Shown here: positions 36,097 through 45,848 of the stretch, piece by piece
How positions within the stretch are numbered: the stretch's first letter is position 1
Layout of the letters: every line of letters starts with the position of its first letter
Translations under genes and position numbers: made by a program
Assembly (NCBI GenBank): GCA_963758695.1
Contig: CAVWWM010000025.1
Location: 937 to 64,936 of the forward strand
Source: an uncultured Actinomycetes bacterium
GTDB lineage: Bacteria > Actinomycetota > Acidimicrobiia > Spongiisociales > DATADW01
Length of the DNA: 64,000 nucleotides
Direction: 5' to 3'
Notes under the pieces: generated by a model
Told to the model about the DNA's origin: nothing
Databases searched by the model: none
The model's input: the letters and a program-made list of their open reading frames with translations, nothing else

Positions 36097-37194
36097 ATGA
36101 CCGCCCGTAGCCAAGTCCTTGTTCTCATCAAGGGCCTGGGCATTGGTGGAGCCGAGAGGCTCATCGCCGAGTCCGCCGGCTTCTGGGACCGCCGGTCTTT
36201 CGAATACTCGGTGGTGTACGTGCTCCCGTGGAAGGACCAGTTGGTCCCAGAGTTGCGCGCCCAGGACGTGGATGTGACCTGCATCGGAGGAACACGGGGA
36301 ACCTCCCCGGCAACACCGGTAAGGCTGCGCCGGATCATCCGAGAACGCGGTATCGACCTGGTCCACGCCCACCTCCCCAGCACGGGGATCATGGCGAGGA
36401 TCGTCTCGTCGGTTCCTGTCGTATACACCGAGCACAACGTCGCCCACTCGTATCGGGAGCCCACCCGGACTCTCAACCGGCTCACCTACCGGCGCAACCG
36501 GGCGACCATCGCCGTCTCCGACGCCGTGGCCGAGAGCCTCGCCGGGTACGGGACCGAAGTCGAGGTGATCCCCAACGGGGTCTCGGTGAGTGTTTCCGAG
36601 GCCGAGACCGATGCGGTGCGCGCCGAACTCGGCTTGGGCCGCGCGGACCCTTTGGTTGTCCATGTCGGCAACATCCGGCCGCACAAGGGGCACCGCAATC
36701 TGCTCGCCGCCTCCGGCGCGGTGCTCGCCCACCACCCCGAAGCCACAATCGTGTCGGTCGGAGGAGAGAAGCATCCCGGAGACCTGGCTGCCCTCGAGAC
36801 GGCAGCGGTCGAGGCCGGTGTTTCCGAAAGGGTGCGCTTCCTCGGACGCCGCGGCGATGCCCTCGCCTTCATCGCAGCCGCCGACGTCGTGGTCAATCCC
36901 TCCGATCACGAGGGTCTCCCCGTGGCGCTCCTCGAGGCGCTCGCCCTGGCCCGTCCGGTTGCCGCCACAGATGTTGGGGGGGTTTCATCGGTGATCCACC
37001 AAGGCGAGACCGGGCTCCTCGTGCCCGCCGGAGACCCAGCGGCGCTGGCGGACGCGGTCAGCCGGCTGCTCGAGGACCGCGAGATGGCCACTGGGATGGG
37101 CAAGGCGGGGCGTGCCCTCGTCGAGGCGAAGCACGGCCTCGCCACGATGGTGAACGAAGTGGAGGACGTCTACCGCCGGGTCCTCGGGTGGTGA
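36097..37194 (+). CDS. GT4-family glycosyltransferase
   Basis: GIGGAERL near the N-terminus. FLGRRGD...NPSDHEGLPVALLEALALARPVAATDVGG (E-x7-E region). Confidence 0.8.
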   Translation: MTARSQVLVLIKGLGIGGAERLIAESAGFWDRRSFEYSVVYVLPWKDQLVPELRAQDVDVTCIGGTRGTSPATPVRLRRIIRERGIDLVHAHLPSTGIMARIVSSVPVVYTEHNVAHSYREPTRTLNRLTYRRNRATIAVSDAVAESLAGYGTEVEVIPNGVSVSVSEAETDAVRAELGLGRADPLVVHVGNIRPHKGHRNLLAASGAVLAHHPEATIVSVGGEKHPGDLAALETAAVEAGVSERVRFLGRRGDALAFIAAADVVVNPSDHEGLPVALLEALALARPVAATDVGGVSSVIHQGETGLLVPAGDPAALADAVSRLLEDREMATGMGKAGRALVEAKHGLATMVNEVEDVYRRVLGW

Positions 37195-38153
37195 GCGGTT
37201 TGAACGAGACCATCACCCTCCGCCCGTTCCGCGAAGACGATCTCGACGCGGTTCTCGGGCTGCTTCGCTCCTCGCTCGGCGAGACCTCCCTTCTCCAGAG
37301 GACGCCCGAGTTGTTCGCTTGGAAGCACCTCGACAACCCGTTCGGCCGTTCCATCATCCTGGTAGCCGACGCTGAGGGGACTATCGCCGGGCTGCGCGCC
37401 TTCATGCGCTGGGAGCTGACCACGCCCCAAGGCGAGACGCTCCGCTGCGTGCGTGCGGTCGACACAGCCACCCACCCTGATTTCCAGCGCCGGGGAATCT
37501 TCAGCACGCTCACCGAAGCTGCAGTCGAGGCGGCCAGGGAGGATGGGGTGCATCTCATCTTCAACACCCCCAACGAGAAGTCGGGCGCCGGATACCTCAA
37601 GATGGGTTGGCAGCAGGTCGGACCCATCGGTGTGATGATGCGCCCCGGGATTGGGCTGCTGCGGAAAGGCACCGGAGATGGCATCCCCCAGACCGGAGAC
37701 CTGGTTCCCGGAAGTGAGCCGCTGATGGACTTCCCCCCGGTCACCGCCCGCCTGCCGCGGGGCCTGCGCACCGCACGCACTCCCGATTACCTCCGCTGGC
37801 GGTTCACCGCCCACCCAACCGCCAGATATGCAGCGGTGGAAGCTGCCGACGGGATCGCCGTGGTCCGCCCCAACCTGCGCAGCGGCCGCCGCGAGCTCGT
37901 GCTCTCCGAGTTGATCGGCCCGGGTTCTGCTGCCGCCGCCAGGGAGACGGCTCGCCGCTCGCGTGCCGACTACATGGTTGGCTGGTTCTCCAAAGGAAGC
38001 CCCGAGCGTTCCGCCGCCGTCTCCGCCGGGCTGATCCCGCTACCCAAGGTCACCGCACTGACCCTGGTGGCGCGCCCGCTGCGCGACCTGCCCGTGGACG
38101 TCACCTCGCCCGCAAGCTGGGACCTGGCTATGGGCGACCTGGAGTTACTGTGA
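37191..38153 (+). CDS. GNAT-family N-acetyltransferase with a C-terminal extension
   Basis: GTGA overlap. ITLRPFREDDLDAV...VDTATHPDFQRRGIFSTL (acetyl-CoA binding Q/RxxGxG/A-like). Confidence 0.7.
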   Translation: MSGLNETITLRPFREDDLDAVLGLLRSSLGETSLLQRTPELFAWKHLDNPFGRSIILVADAEGTIAGLRAFMRWELTTPQGETLRCVRAVDTATHPDFQRRGIFSTLTEAAVEAAREDGVHLIFNTPNEKSGAGYLKMGWQQVGPIGVMMRPGIGLLRKGTGDGIPQTGDLVPGSEPLMDFPPVTARLPRGLRTARTPDYLRWRFTAHPTARYAAVEAADGIAVVRPNLRSGRRELVLSELIGPGSAAAARETARRSRADYMVGWFSKGSPERSAAVSAGLIPLPKVTALTLVARPLRDLPVDVTSPASWDLAMGDLELL

Positions 38154-38163
38154 GCGACGGGCG

Positions 38164-39525
38164 ATGAAGCAGGAATGGCTCTGGATCGGTTTCGCTGCGG
38201 CGCTGGCGGCTGCGGTTGGGGTGGCGCTCGGGTTCGGCGTCGCCGCCGAGGTGCTTGTGATCTCCATCCTGTTCCTCCCCCTCTTCGCCTGGATGGGTCA
38301 GAGGCTGTCAGACGATGACGATGCCCACGTTCTCCCGCTGCTGCTCCCCGCCGCCTATCTGGCCAAGATCGTCGGCGGCGGCGCCAGGTATCTGGTCCTC
38401 CAGTTGCTCTACGGTGGGATCGGCGACTCGGTCGGCTACCACAACGCCGGGCTCGACTACGCCGCCACGCTCCGGGACCTGGCCATACCCGACACCTCTG
38501 GTGTCCGGGTCGGTTTCGGGACCATCGTCACCAGGCTGATCACCGCCGGGGTCTATGCCATCTACAGCCCGGAGACGTTGCTCGGCGGGTTCATCATCTT
38601 CTCCATCATCTGCTTCGCCGGCCAGTTGCTCTTCTATCTGGCGGTGCGCCACGCGGTCCCCCGCAACCGGCGTTTCTGGCTCGGGCTCGGCATCTTCTTC
38701 CTCCCCACCATGGTCTTCTGGCCCTCGAGCGTGGGGAAGGACGCCCTCATGGTGTTCGGGATCGGGCTGGCGACCTTTGGTCTGAGCAAGCTCTACCGAC
38801 GACTCACTCTGGGCCCGATGGTGCTGGCACTGACAGCCCTCACCATGCTGGCTTTGATCCGGGCACACGTCGCCGCTCTCATCGTCGGCGCCTTCGTGGT
38901 CGGCCTCCTCTTCAACCGGCGCTCCGGTAGGAAGCTCTCGCTGGGAAGGGCGACGGTATCGCTGGTGCTCGCCATGGGGTTGATGGGTGGCGCCGCCTGG
39001 GCGCTCACCTCCACCCTCCGGCTCGACCTCTCCGAAGAGGGTCTCGAAGAGCTGGCCTCCACCGCCGAGTCCCAAACCGATACCGGTGGCTCATCGGTCG
39101 AGGGTTCTGCGGTGCGTGGACCTCAAGACCTCCCCGAGGCGACGCTTCGGGTGCTCTTCCGGCCGCTGATCCACGAGGCGTCGGGTGCCCAGCTCGCCAG
39201 CGGCGTCGAGGGCACCGTCCTGCTGCTGGTGTTCATCTGGCGATTACCGACGCTGGGGCGCAACTTCTTTCGGATGCGACACAAACCGATCCTGCTCATG
39301 TCGGCCGCATACACATTTGGGTTCATCATCGTGTTCAGCCCGTTCCTCAACCTGGGCATCCTCGCCCGGCAGCGCAGTCAGCTGATGCCGTTCCTCATCG
39401 CATGGCTCATCGGCGCCGGCTGGGGAGAGATCACCGCACCCGGCGAGGAACAAGCCGACGTGCCTCAGGCCGAGTTGCCCGATGCCGGGGAGCCCCGACC
39501 CGAGTCACTGCCCGCCCAGGTCTGA
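38164..39525 (+). CDS. polytopic membrane protein, possible O-antigen polymerase/ligase-like (Wzy/WaaL-type)
   Basis: 453 aa with ~10 hydrophobic segments and one larger loop, within a glycan locus. Function is inferred from context only. Confidence 0.5.
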   Translation: MKQEWLWIGFAAALAAAVGVALGFGVAAEVLVISILFLPLFAWMGQRLSDDDDAHVLPLLLPAAYLAKIVGGGARYLVLQLLYGGIGDSVGYHNAGLDYAATLRDLAIPDTSGVRVGFGTIVTRLITAGVYAIYSPETLLGGFIIFSIICFAGQLLFYLAVRHAVPRNRRFWLGLGIFFLPTMVFWPSSVGKDALMVFGIGLATFGLSKLYRRLTLGPMVLALTALTMLALIRAHVAALIVGAFVVGLLFNRRSGRKLSLGRATVSLVLAMGLMGGAAWALTSTLRLDLSEEGLEELASTAESQTDTGGSSVEGSAVRGPQDLPEATLRVLFRPLIHEASGAQLASGVEGTVLLLVFIWRLPTLGRNFFRMRHKPILLMSAAYTFGFIIVFSPFLNLGILARQRSQLMPFLIAWLIGAGWGEITAPGEEQADVPQAELPDAGEPRPESLPAQV

Positions 39526-39534
39526 AACCCAGTT

Positions 39535-39579
39535 TTTGGCGTCACCAAACGCGGTAGGAGCCCATTGCGTGACGCCAAA
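39535..39579. terminator. bidirectional terminator-like hairpin between convergent genes
   Basis: TTTGGCGTCAC (39535..39545) pairs with GTGACGCCAAA (39569..39579). The segment is relatively A/T-rich with T/A runs on both sides (AGTTTTTGG, CGGTTTTGG). Confidence 0.45.
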
Positions 39580-39589
39580 GCGGTTTTGG

Positions 39590-40555
39590 TCAGCCGGCGA
39601 GCCGGGGGCGGACAAACCCGAGAGCCGCCAGCCCGCCCAGCACGGCGACGGCTAGGACGGCGAGAACCGCAACCGCCGACCAGCCCTCCATGGTGGCGTC
39701 CACACCAATGACGATGGCGGCCCATACCACCTGGGCGGCTGCGGCGAGGAGTGCCACCCTGCGGATGGTCATCCCTCGATCGTGGAGTTGGTCGTAGAGG
39801 TGGCTGCGGTCGCCGATGAACAACCGCGCTCCCGACAGCCGCCTCCGCAACAAGGCCACGATGAGGTCGAACGCGGGGATCCCGAGTAGGAATGCCGCCA
39901 CTGTCAGCCGCGGTGCGCTCTCGAGACCTGCCGAAACCGTCGCCATCCCGTATACGAAGACGAGGCCAACGACGTAGGCGCCGTTGTCGCCAAAGAAGAC
40001 ACGGGCCGGGTGCCAATTGAGAACGAGCACCCCGGCGCAGGTCGCCGCAAGCAGGAGCGGTACGAAGGCGCCAACCTCCCGCATCGATCCCATGAGAAAG
40101 AGCGCCACCCCGGTCACCAATGCGACCGAGCCGAGCAACCCGTCGAGCCCGTCGAACAGGTTGACCGCATTCACCGCCGCCACCACCAGGATCACCACCA
40201 CCAGCCGCTCGACGGGCCCAAAGCCGCCGGGGACGGCGCCGAGCGCCAGCACCACACCTGCCACCGCCTCCACCAGGAGCCGAACACGTGGGTCGAGCCC
40301 GGTCCGGTCGTCGACCAACCCGAGAGCCAGCAGGATCGCCATCGCCACCGCCAGCCACGGCGAGATGAACCCCTCCACCACCGAGCCGGCCAACACCCCC
40401 AGAAAGACACCCACTCCGCCGAGAGGCACCGCAGGTGTGCGATGCGTCTTGAGGACGTCGTCCGGCCGGTCTACGAAACCGAGCGCCGGGCCCAGCCAGA
40501 GCGAGAGGACGCACCAGGCGAGAGCCACCGCAAAGGCAATGACTACTCCGACCAC
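39590..40555 (-). CDS. polyprenyl-phosphate N-acetylhexosamine-1-phosphate transferase (WecA/MraY family)
   Basis: AVNAVNLFDGLDGL motif, ~10 TM helices. Start taken as GTG 40555 (VVGVVIAFAVAL), overlapping the upstream stop by 13 nt. The start is uncertain. Confidence 0.75.
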   Translation of the reverse strand: MVGVVIAFAVALAWCVLSLWLGPALGFVDRPDDVLKTHRTPAVPLGGVGVFLGVLAGSVVEGFISPWLAVAMAILLALGLVDDRTGLDPRVRLLVEAVAGVVLALGAVPGGFGPVERLVVVILVVAAVNAVNLFDGLDGLLGSVALVTGVALFLMGSMREVGAFVPLLLAATCAGVLVLNWHPARVFFGDNGAYVVGLVFVYGMATVSAGLESAPRLTVAAFLLGIPAFDLIVALLRRRLSGARLFIGDRSHLYDQLHDRGMTIRRVALLAAAAQVVWAAIVIGVDATMEGWSAVAVLAVLAVAVLGGLAALGFVRPRLAG

Positions 40556-42300
40556 ACCAGTTCCACCGACGGCTCCCCGGGATGGACCGCCACCTCGTCT
40601 GCGTCCACGAACCCGGCCGAGCGGAACAGAGCGAGTGATGCCGTGTTGTCGGCTCCGACCACGACACGGACCGATGGGAGCCGGCGGCGGCGGTAGCACG
40701 ACTCCATCTCGGCGAGCAGCCGGCCACCGACCCCCCTCCCCCTGACCTCGGCGCTCACCGCCACGGCGAGAAGCTCGGCCGGGATGGCGCTCGAGTCTCC
40801 GCCCCCGTAGCGGAGGGTCTCCAACGCCCGCCGCAGCACCGATGGCCGCACCAGCCGGGGCAGAGCGGCGAATGCGGCGAACAGACCATGACGTCTGAGG
40901 AAGTACCTGTAAAAGGCCGACGTGTCACCGGTGGCGGCGGCGAAACCCACGGGTCCTGCTTGGTCCTCCGCCACGAGCACGTCGGCGCCGGGCCATTCGA
41001 TCAGCGCCCTGTAAAGGCGGCGTAGGAATCCCCGACCGAGCCGGGGCAGGAACCCGGTGGCTATCTCGGCATGGAGACCGGCGACAACCGGGGCGTCCTC
41101 GGGCCTGGCCGGGCGGATCGGTGGAGGTGAGCCGGGGGTCGCCTCGGGGAGCAACCGGGCCAGACCCTTGCTCCGCCCGACGCGCCGGTAGGTGTCGAGG
41201 ACGATCTGGACGACGCGCCGCTCGTCGAACTCGGCCTCTGCCTTGCGGCGCGCCTCGACACCCATCTCGCGCCGCCGGTCGCCGCTATCGCCGATGGCGA
41301 TGATCGCCGCACGAAGTGCCTCGGGATCCTCGACCGGAACGAGGAGGCCGGTCTCACCGTCGGCCACAACCTGGCGGCACCCTCTGATGTCGGTCGCCAC
41401 CACTGGGAGCCCGGTCGCCGCCGCCTCCATGGCCGAGCGGGGGAAACCCTCGCGGTGTGACGGGAGCACGAAGATGTCCATGGCGGCGTAGAGCCGGTCG
41501 ACGTCGTCGCGCATGCCGAGGAAACGCACCCCGGTCGCCTCGGCTGCGGCGACCATCTCACGGGGAAGGGCATCTGGCTTGTCGGGCTCGTCGGGTCCTA
41601 TGGCGAGCACCAGGTACCGGTCGTCGAGCCCCTCGGCTGCTGCGAAGAGCTCGGGGTAACCCTTCTCGGCCACCAGTCTCCCCACGACACCGACCACAAC
41701 GTCGTCCGGTCGAGCACCGATCTCTTCCCTGATCCGGGCCCGCTCGTCGGCGTCGAATCTCGCCGGGTTGAACCTCTCCAGGTCCACACCGTTGCCGAGA
41801 AGGCCGGTCTTCTGCGGGGCAGAGATGTGCCACCTGGTGAGCAGTTCCAGGTCCTCGGGGTTCTGGACCAACTCGGCGTCGGAGCAGCGCGAGGCAATGG
41901 CCTCCAACAGGTAGACCACGAGACGCTTGGTGGGTCGGTCTTCCTCGGTGGCGTAGAGCCCATGGACCGTGTTGACCACCAGCGGAACCCCGGCGAGCCG
42001 GCCGACGATTCGCCCGTACACCCCCGGCTTGGGGTTGTGGGTGTGGAGGACGTCGGGGCGGATCTTGCGGAGGATGCTCCACAACGCCCTGGCGGCGCGC
42101 AGGTCCTCGCTGAGGCTCCACCCCCTCGTCGACCCCTCCAAAGGGATGAAACGGACGCCGGCGGCAACTATCTCCTCGACGAAGGGCCCTTCCGCCGAGA
42201 TCCCATATGCCTCGCCCCCCAGGTCCACCACGGACGTGAGTTGGGGAAGCACCAGGAAGCGGAGGCTCATGTCCACGGTGGTGAGGTGAGCCACCTTCAT
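40543..42300 (-). CDS. GT4 glycosyltransferase fused to a C-terminal GNAT acetyltransferase domain (585 aa)
   Basis: MKVAHLTTVDMSLRFL...SHREGFPRSAMEAAATGLPVVATDIRG, then IRPARPEDAPVVAGLH...AVSAEVRGRGVGGRLL. ATGA overlap with the upstream GT. Confidence 0.8.
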   Translation of the reverse strand: MKVAHLTTVDMSLRFLVLPQLTSVVDLGGEAYGISAEGPFVEEIVAAGVRFIPLEGSTRGWSLSEDLRAARALWSILRKIRPDVLHTHNPKPGVYGRIVGRLAGVPLVVNTVHGLYATEEDRPTKRLVVYLLEAIASRCSDAELVQNPEDLELLTRWHISAPQKTGLLGNGVDLERFNPARFDADERARIREEIGARPDDVVVGVVGRLVAEKGYPELFAAAEGLDDRYLVLAIGPDEPDKPDALPREMVAAAEATGVRFLGMRDDVDRLYAAMDIFVLPSHREGFPRSAMEAAATGLPVVATDIRGCRQVVADGETGLLVPVEDPEALRAAIIAIGDSGDRRREMGVEARRKAEAEFDERRVVQIVLDTYRRVGRSKGLARLLPEATPGSPPPIRPARPEDAPVVAGLHAEIATGFLPRLGRGFLRRLYRALIEWPGADVLVAEDQAGPVGFAAATGDTSAFYRYFLRRHGLFAAFAALPRLVRPSVLRRALETLRYGGGDSSAIPAELLAVAVSAEVRGRGVGGRLLAEMESCYRRRRLPSVRVVVGADNTASLALFRSAGFVDADEVAVHPGEPSVELVWSE

Positions 42301-43413
42301 GCTGGACCATCCTGATCCCTGGTCAGCAAGCGGTCGAACACGGTGGCAAACCGGTCGACGGCAGCATCGAGGGTGAACCGGGAGAGGGCAAGGCGGCGCG
42401 CCTCTTCGCCCATGGCGAGCGTTCGGTCCCGATCGGTGGCCATCTCCACCAGGACCGCTGATAGTGCATCGATGTCGCCTCGGTTGACCAGTCGCCCTGT
42501 TGTTCCGTCGACCACCGCCTCGCTCACTCCTCCGACATCGAACCCGGCGGTAGGAACCCCGGCGAACGCCGCCTCGAGGACAGCTCCGGGTAGTCCTTCG
42601 GTAGCCGAGGTGAGTATCAGGACGTCTGCCCACTGAAGGTGCGGAAGAACATCGGCAACAACGCCGATCAACTCGACCGTTCCGGTGAGACCGCGCCGCT
42701 CCACCTCCTCGCTCAGTGACTTCTCCTGGGCGCCGCCCCCCACCACTCGCACCCGGACCGGGACAGACCGACCGGCCCGCTCCACGGTCTCCAGCGCCGC
42801 CAGCGGGTCCTTCTCGGTGGTGAGGCTGCCCAGAAAAAGGATCCGAAGCTCGGGGTGGTGGTCTTCATCCTCGATGACCTCGGACAATTGCGGTGCGGCG
42901 CCGATCGGCGACACCTCGACCCGATCCGGAGGAACCCCGAGTCCCAACAACTGGCCGCGGGTGGCGGTGGAGACGGCGGTTACGAAGTCGGCCATTCGGA
43001 GCTGGATCGAGAGGAGACGGCGCGAGAGCGGCGTGCGGGCCCAGTGCGCCGGTTCTCCGATGCTCCCGTAAACCAGAAGAGGACGGCGGCGTCGGAAACG
43101 GGTGGCGGCGATGCCGTAGCGCAACGTTGCGCCACCGTTGGCGAAGACGATGCCGGGACGAAACTCACCGATCCTGCGACGCAAAGGCACCACCACGTCA
43201 GCGACTGAGTCGCCCCAGCCGAGCACGCTCCCGGTCGCCCACGACTTCCGCATCCACCGTCGCCCCGCCAACAGCGGATGCCGGCGCCGATGAGAGCGCC
43301 ACAAGATCCGTCTCCCAACCGCGCGCCGCCAGGCCGCCGGCCAACTGGCTCCCGAAAACCTCGGCTCCGCGCCGCTGGTTGGAGGTGATGAGCACCATTA
43401 CCCGATGCGGCAT
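42297..43413 (-). pseudogene. GT4-family glycosyltransferase, frameshift near ~43250
   Basis: The N-terminus MPHRVMVLITSNQRRGAEVFGSQLAGGLAARGWETDLVAL is in the frame of ORF 43198..43824. The rest (FRPGIVFANGG...ILTSATEGLPGAVLEAAFAGVPTAGFDVGG) is in ORF 42297..43304. Confidence 0.7.
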
Positions 43414-43415
43414 GT

Positions 43416-43787
43416 TCAGCCGAGTTCGTTGAGGGGTCGCCGGCCGGCATAGCCCGTATCGACGTCGTGCCACCACTCGATGTCGTCCTCGCCCTGCTGC
43501 CAGCAAAGGAGCACTACGCGACCACCGGCACGGTGGGGGAAGTCGATCAGAAGGGGGTCGAATCCTTTGATCTCGATCCCTTGGCGGCGGAACCACTCGA
43601 GATCGGCCCTCACCGAGAGCGTCCCGTCGAGTGCCGCCGGGTCGTGTCCATTTCCCCCGGCCACCTCTGCCAGGTCGTCGATGCCCGCCCGCACCTCGTC
43701 CAAGCCGGCGGCTATGCGATCGGCACGGGTACGTGCCTCGGGAAGCAGGGTCCGAGCTTCGTCCACCGAGAACAGTCTCGACATCAC
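43416..43787 (-). CDS. DUF2203-like protein
   Basis: RLFSVDEARTLLPE...IEIKGFDPLLIDFP...VLLCWQQGEDDIEWWHD matches my recollection of DUF2203. The start overlaps the upstream stop. Confidence 0.6.
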   Translation of the reverse strand: MMSRLFSVDEARTLLPEARTRADRIAAGLDEVRAGIDDLAEVAGGNGHDPAALDGTLSVRADLEWFRRQGIEIKGFDPLLIDFPHRAGGRVVLLCWQQGEDDIEWWHDVDTGYAGRRPLNELG

Positions 43788-44656
43788 CCGGTTCCCGGGG
43801 CGGCTGCCTCGCCGTCCAGGCCAAATATCCGGGCCGCGTTGTCGTGGAGCACGGCCCGTGTCACCTCATCGGGCATTTCAAGATGTTCCCAATCGCCCAG
43901 CCACTTGTCGGGAGTGATGAACGGGTAGTCGCTCCCGAACAGCGTCCGGTCGGCAAGAGGACCCCGCACCGCCTCGATGAGTTGAGGCGGGAAAAGCCGC
44001 GGCGACCATCCGGACAGCTCGAGGTAGACGTTTGTCTTGTGGCGGGCGACGGCGAGCGCCTCGTCCTGCCACGGCCACGAGGGATGGGCCATGATGATGG
44101 TCAGGCGGGGGAACTCGGCGGCGATCTCGTCGAGGTACATCGGGTTGGCGTTCCCCAACCGGATTCCCGATCCGCCCGGGACGCCGGCGCCGAGACCCGT
44201 GGTCCCCGTGTGGAACAGCAGGACGAGCCCATGACCCTGCGCCGCCTCCCATACCGGGAAGTAGCGGCGATTCGTAGGGTTGAACGCCTGGGCGGGTGGA
44301 TGAAGCTTGAGACCGAGAAGACCAAGCCGGGCCGCTTCGTGTACCCCCGCCAGCGCAGCCGATCCCTTTTGGGGGTCCACGCTCCCAAACCCGAGGAAGA
44401 CGTCTGGGTGGGCATTGACCAGTTCCGCCACCTCGGCGTTGCGGAACGGGGGACGCCGCGTCGCCGTCTGGGCGTCCCACCCGAGCAGCACCGCCCGCCC
44501 ATCCCTCTCCCTGTAGTGCGCCGCCACCTCGTCGCCGCTCATAACGGGGAGTGGACGACCGAAATAGCTCTCCAGCTGCTCCCGGTAGGGAGCAAAGGCA
44601 CCTTCAAGAAAGGCGGGCACAGGCGGGTGGACGTGGACGTCTATGAACCGGGTCAC
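43784..44656 (-). CDS. amidohydrolase-2 family metal-dependent hydrolase
   Basis: MTRFIDVHVHPP, a later HTG and MAHPSWPW, and a terminal DN motif. Confidence 0.75.
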   Translation of the reverse strand: MTRFIDVHVHPPVPAFLEGAFAPYREQLESYFGRPLPVMSGDEVAAHYRERDGRAVLLGWDAQTATRRPPFRNAEVAELVNAHPDVFLGFGSVDPQKGSAALAGVHEAARLGLLGLKLHPPAQAFNPTNRRYFPVWEAAQGHGLVLLFHTGTTGLGAGVPGGSGIRLGNANPMYLDEIAAEFPRLTIIMAHPSWPWQDEALAVARHKTNVYLELSGWSPRLFPPQLIEAVRGPLADRTLFGSDYPFITPDKWLGDWEHLEMPDEVTRAVLHDNAARIFGLDGEAAAPGTG

Positions 44657-44688
44657 GGGATGAGCCTAAGCGGGAACGGGGATATGGC

Positions 44689-44931
44689 TCAGGAAAGCTC
44701 GGGCTCGACCGTGGCGGGGCGGGGCGTGGGCCGGAACCCGCGGTTTTCCGCCTCGACCAGGGTGTCGGGTGCGAACGAGGAGAGCAGGCACCTCGTCAGC
44801 AGGTCGTCCTCGGCTACCCGGCCCTCGAGTGCTGCGGCGTCGTCGTCATCGTCACAGTCGTACACGAGCATCGTGTCCCTCGTCCCCACGAACCGATGGT
44901 GTTCGAACCTGCGAAGCCTGGCCAACCTCAC
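44689..44931 (-). CDS. hypothetical acidic small protein
   Basis: 80-aa ORF filling the gap between the LLM oxidoreductase and the amidohydrolase, on the same strand. No recognisable motif. Confidence 0.3.
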   Translation of the reverse strand: MRLARLRRFEHHRFVGTRDTMLVYDCDDDDDAAALEGRVAEDDLLTRCLLSSFAPDTLVEAENRGFRPTPRPATVEPELS

Positions 44932-44938
44932 TCCGTCC

Positions 44939-45844
44939 TCAACCGAATGGTGCCGCGGCCGCCACCGCCGCCCCCACCCCGGCGTCTCCGACCGGGACCG
45001 GGCGCACCACTAATTCATCGATCGGGAGGTGACGATACTCCTCGAGCCTCTGACTCACTCCTTCCGGATCGCCGGCTATCCCGACCGCGCCTGGGTCCAC
45101 CGCCGAGGGGTCGAACCCTTGCCTCTCCATGTGGCTGCGGTAGTCGGGGAGGCGGAGGTACGAGGCCAGTTCGGCGGCCAGCGCATCCCTCGCTCTGGAC
45201 CCGTCGGGATGGCAAGCGACGCGGACATAGGCGGCTATCCGAAATGGTCGCTCCCCCACCTGTGCCCGCAACTCCTGTGCGGTGGTGGTGAGATGATCGA
45301 GGCTCGACCAGTTGAGGAGGACCCCGTCGGCTGATCTGGCTGCCACCCCGGCCATGAGAGGCCCAAGTGCTGCCAGCACCACCGGGATCTCGCCTGTTGC
45401 GGGTAGCCCCAGTCGGGCGCCGTCGAGGTGGATGTGTTTCCCGTCGAATTCGACCGTCTCCCCGGAGAGCAGATCCTTGACCACGGCTAGGTACTCCTCG
45501 ACGCCGGCCACTCCCGATATCCGATCGTTGCCGAACTGACGTCCCAACGCTGAGTGACCGGCACCGATCCCGAGCACCACCCTCCCAGCGCCCACCGCCT
45601 CGGCAAGCGTCGCTGCAGCCATGGCCGCGGTCAAAGGAGGGCGGTTGTAGATCGGGCAAACGCCGGTGCCAAGCCGGGCCTCTGACGTGGCGTGCCCCCA
45701 TCCGGTGAGGGTGACGAACGCATCCCGTCCGGTGGACTCGTTGGTCCACAGAGAGGTGAACCCGAGCCCTACGGCCTCGACAGCGACCCGGGTCAGTTCG
45801 CTCGGGGCCAGTTTCGGGTCGACCAGCGAAACCCCGAGGTCCAT
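44939..45844 (-). CDS. LLM-class (luciferase-like) F420-dependent oxidoreductase
   Basis: 301 aa with FTSLWTNES, VVLGIGAGH and other LLM-typical TIM-barrel blocks. Confidence 0.75.
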   Translation of the reverse strand: MDLGVSLVDPKLAPSELTRVAVEAVGLGFTSLWTNESTGRDAFVTLTGWGHATSEARLGTGVCPIYNRPPLTAAMAAATLAEAVGAGRVVLGIGAGHSALGRQFGNDRISGVAGVEEYLAVVKDLLSGETVEFDGKHIHLDGARLGLPATGEIPVVLAALGPLMAGVAARSADGVLLNWSSLDHLTTTAQELRAQVGERPFRIAAYVRVACHPDGSRARDALAAELASYLRLPDYRSHMERQGFDPSAVDPGAVGIAGDPEGVSQRLEEYRHLPIDELVVRPVPVGDAGVGAAVAAAAPFG

Positions 45845-45848
45845 GTGG

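Noticed and set aside
36228-37190. N-terminal 320 aa of the 641-aa ORF 36228..38153.
   Set aside because: This part is an out-of-frame overlap of the GT4 gene (36097..37194) with Arg/Pro/Gly-rich composition. The GNAT domain begins at GTG 37191, with a GTGA overlap.
39465-40727. 420-aa minus-strand ORF and other long Arg/Gly/Pro-rich ORFs, for example 13274..14293, 20850..21956, 21365..22468, 43631..45013, 60207..61175, 2269..2952, 31369..32745 and 55582..56553.
   Set aside because: These are alternative-frame or antisense shadows of genes with clear family motifs. Such open frames are expected in high-G+C DNA, and none carries a recognisable motif.
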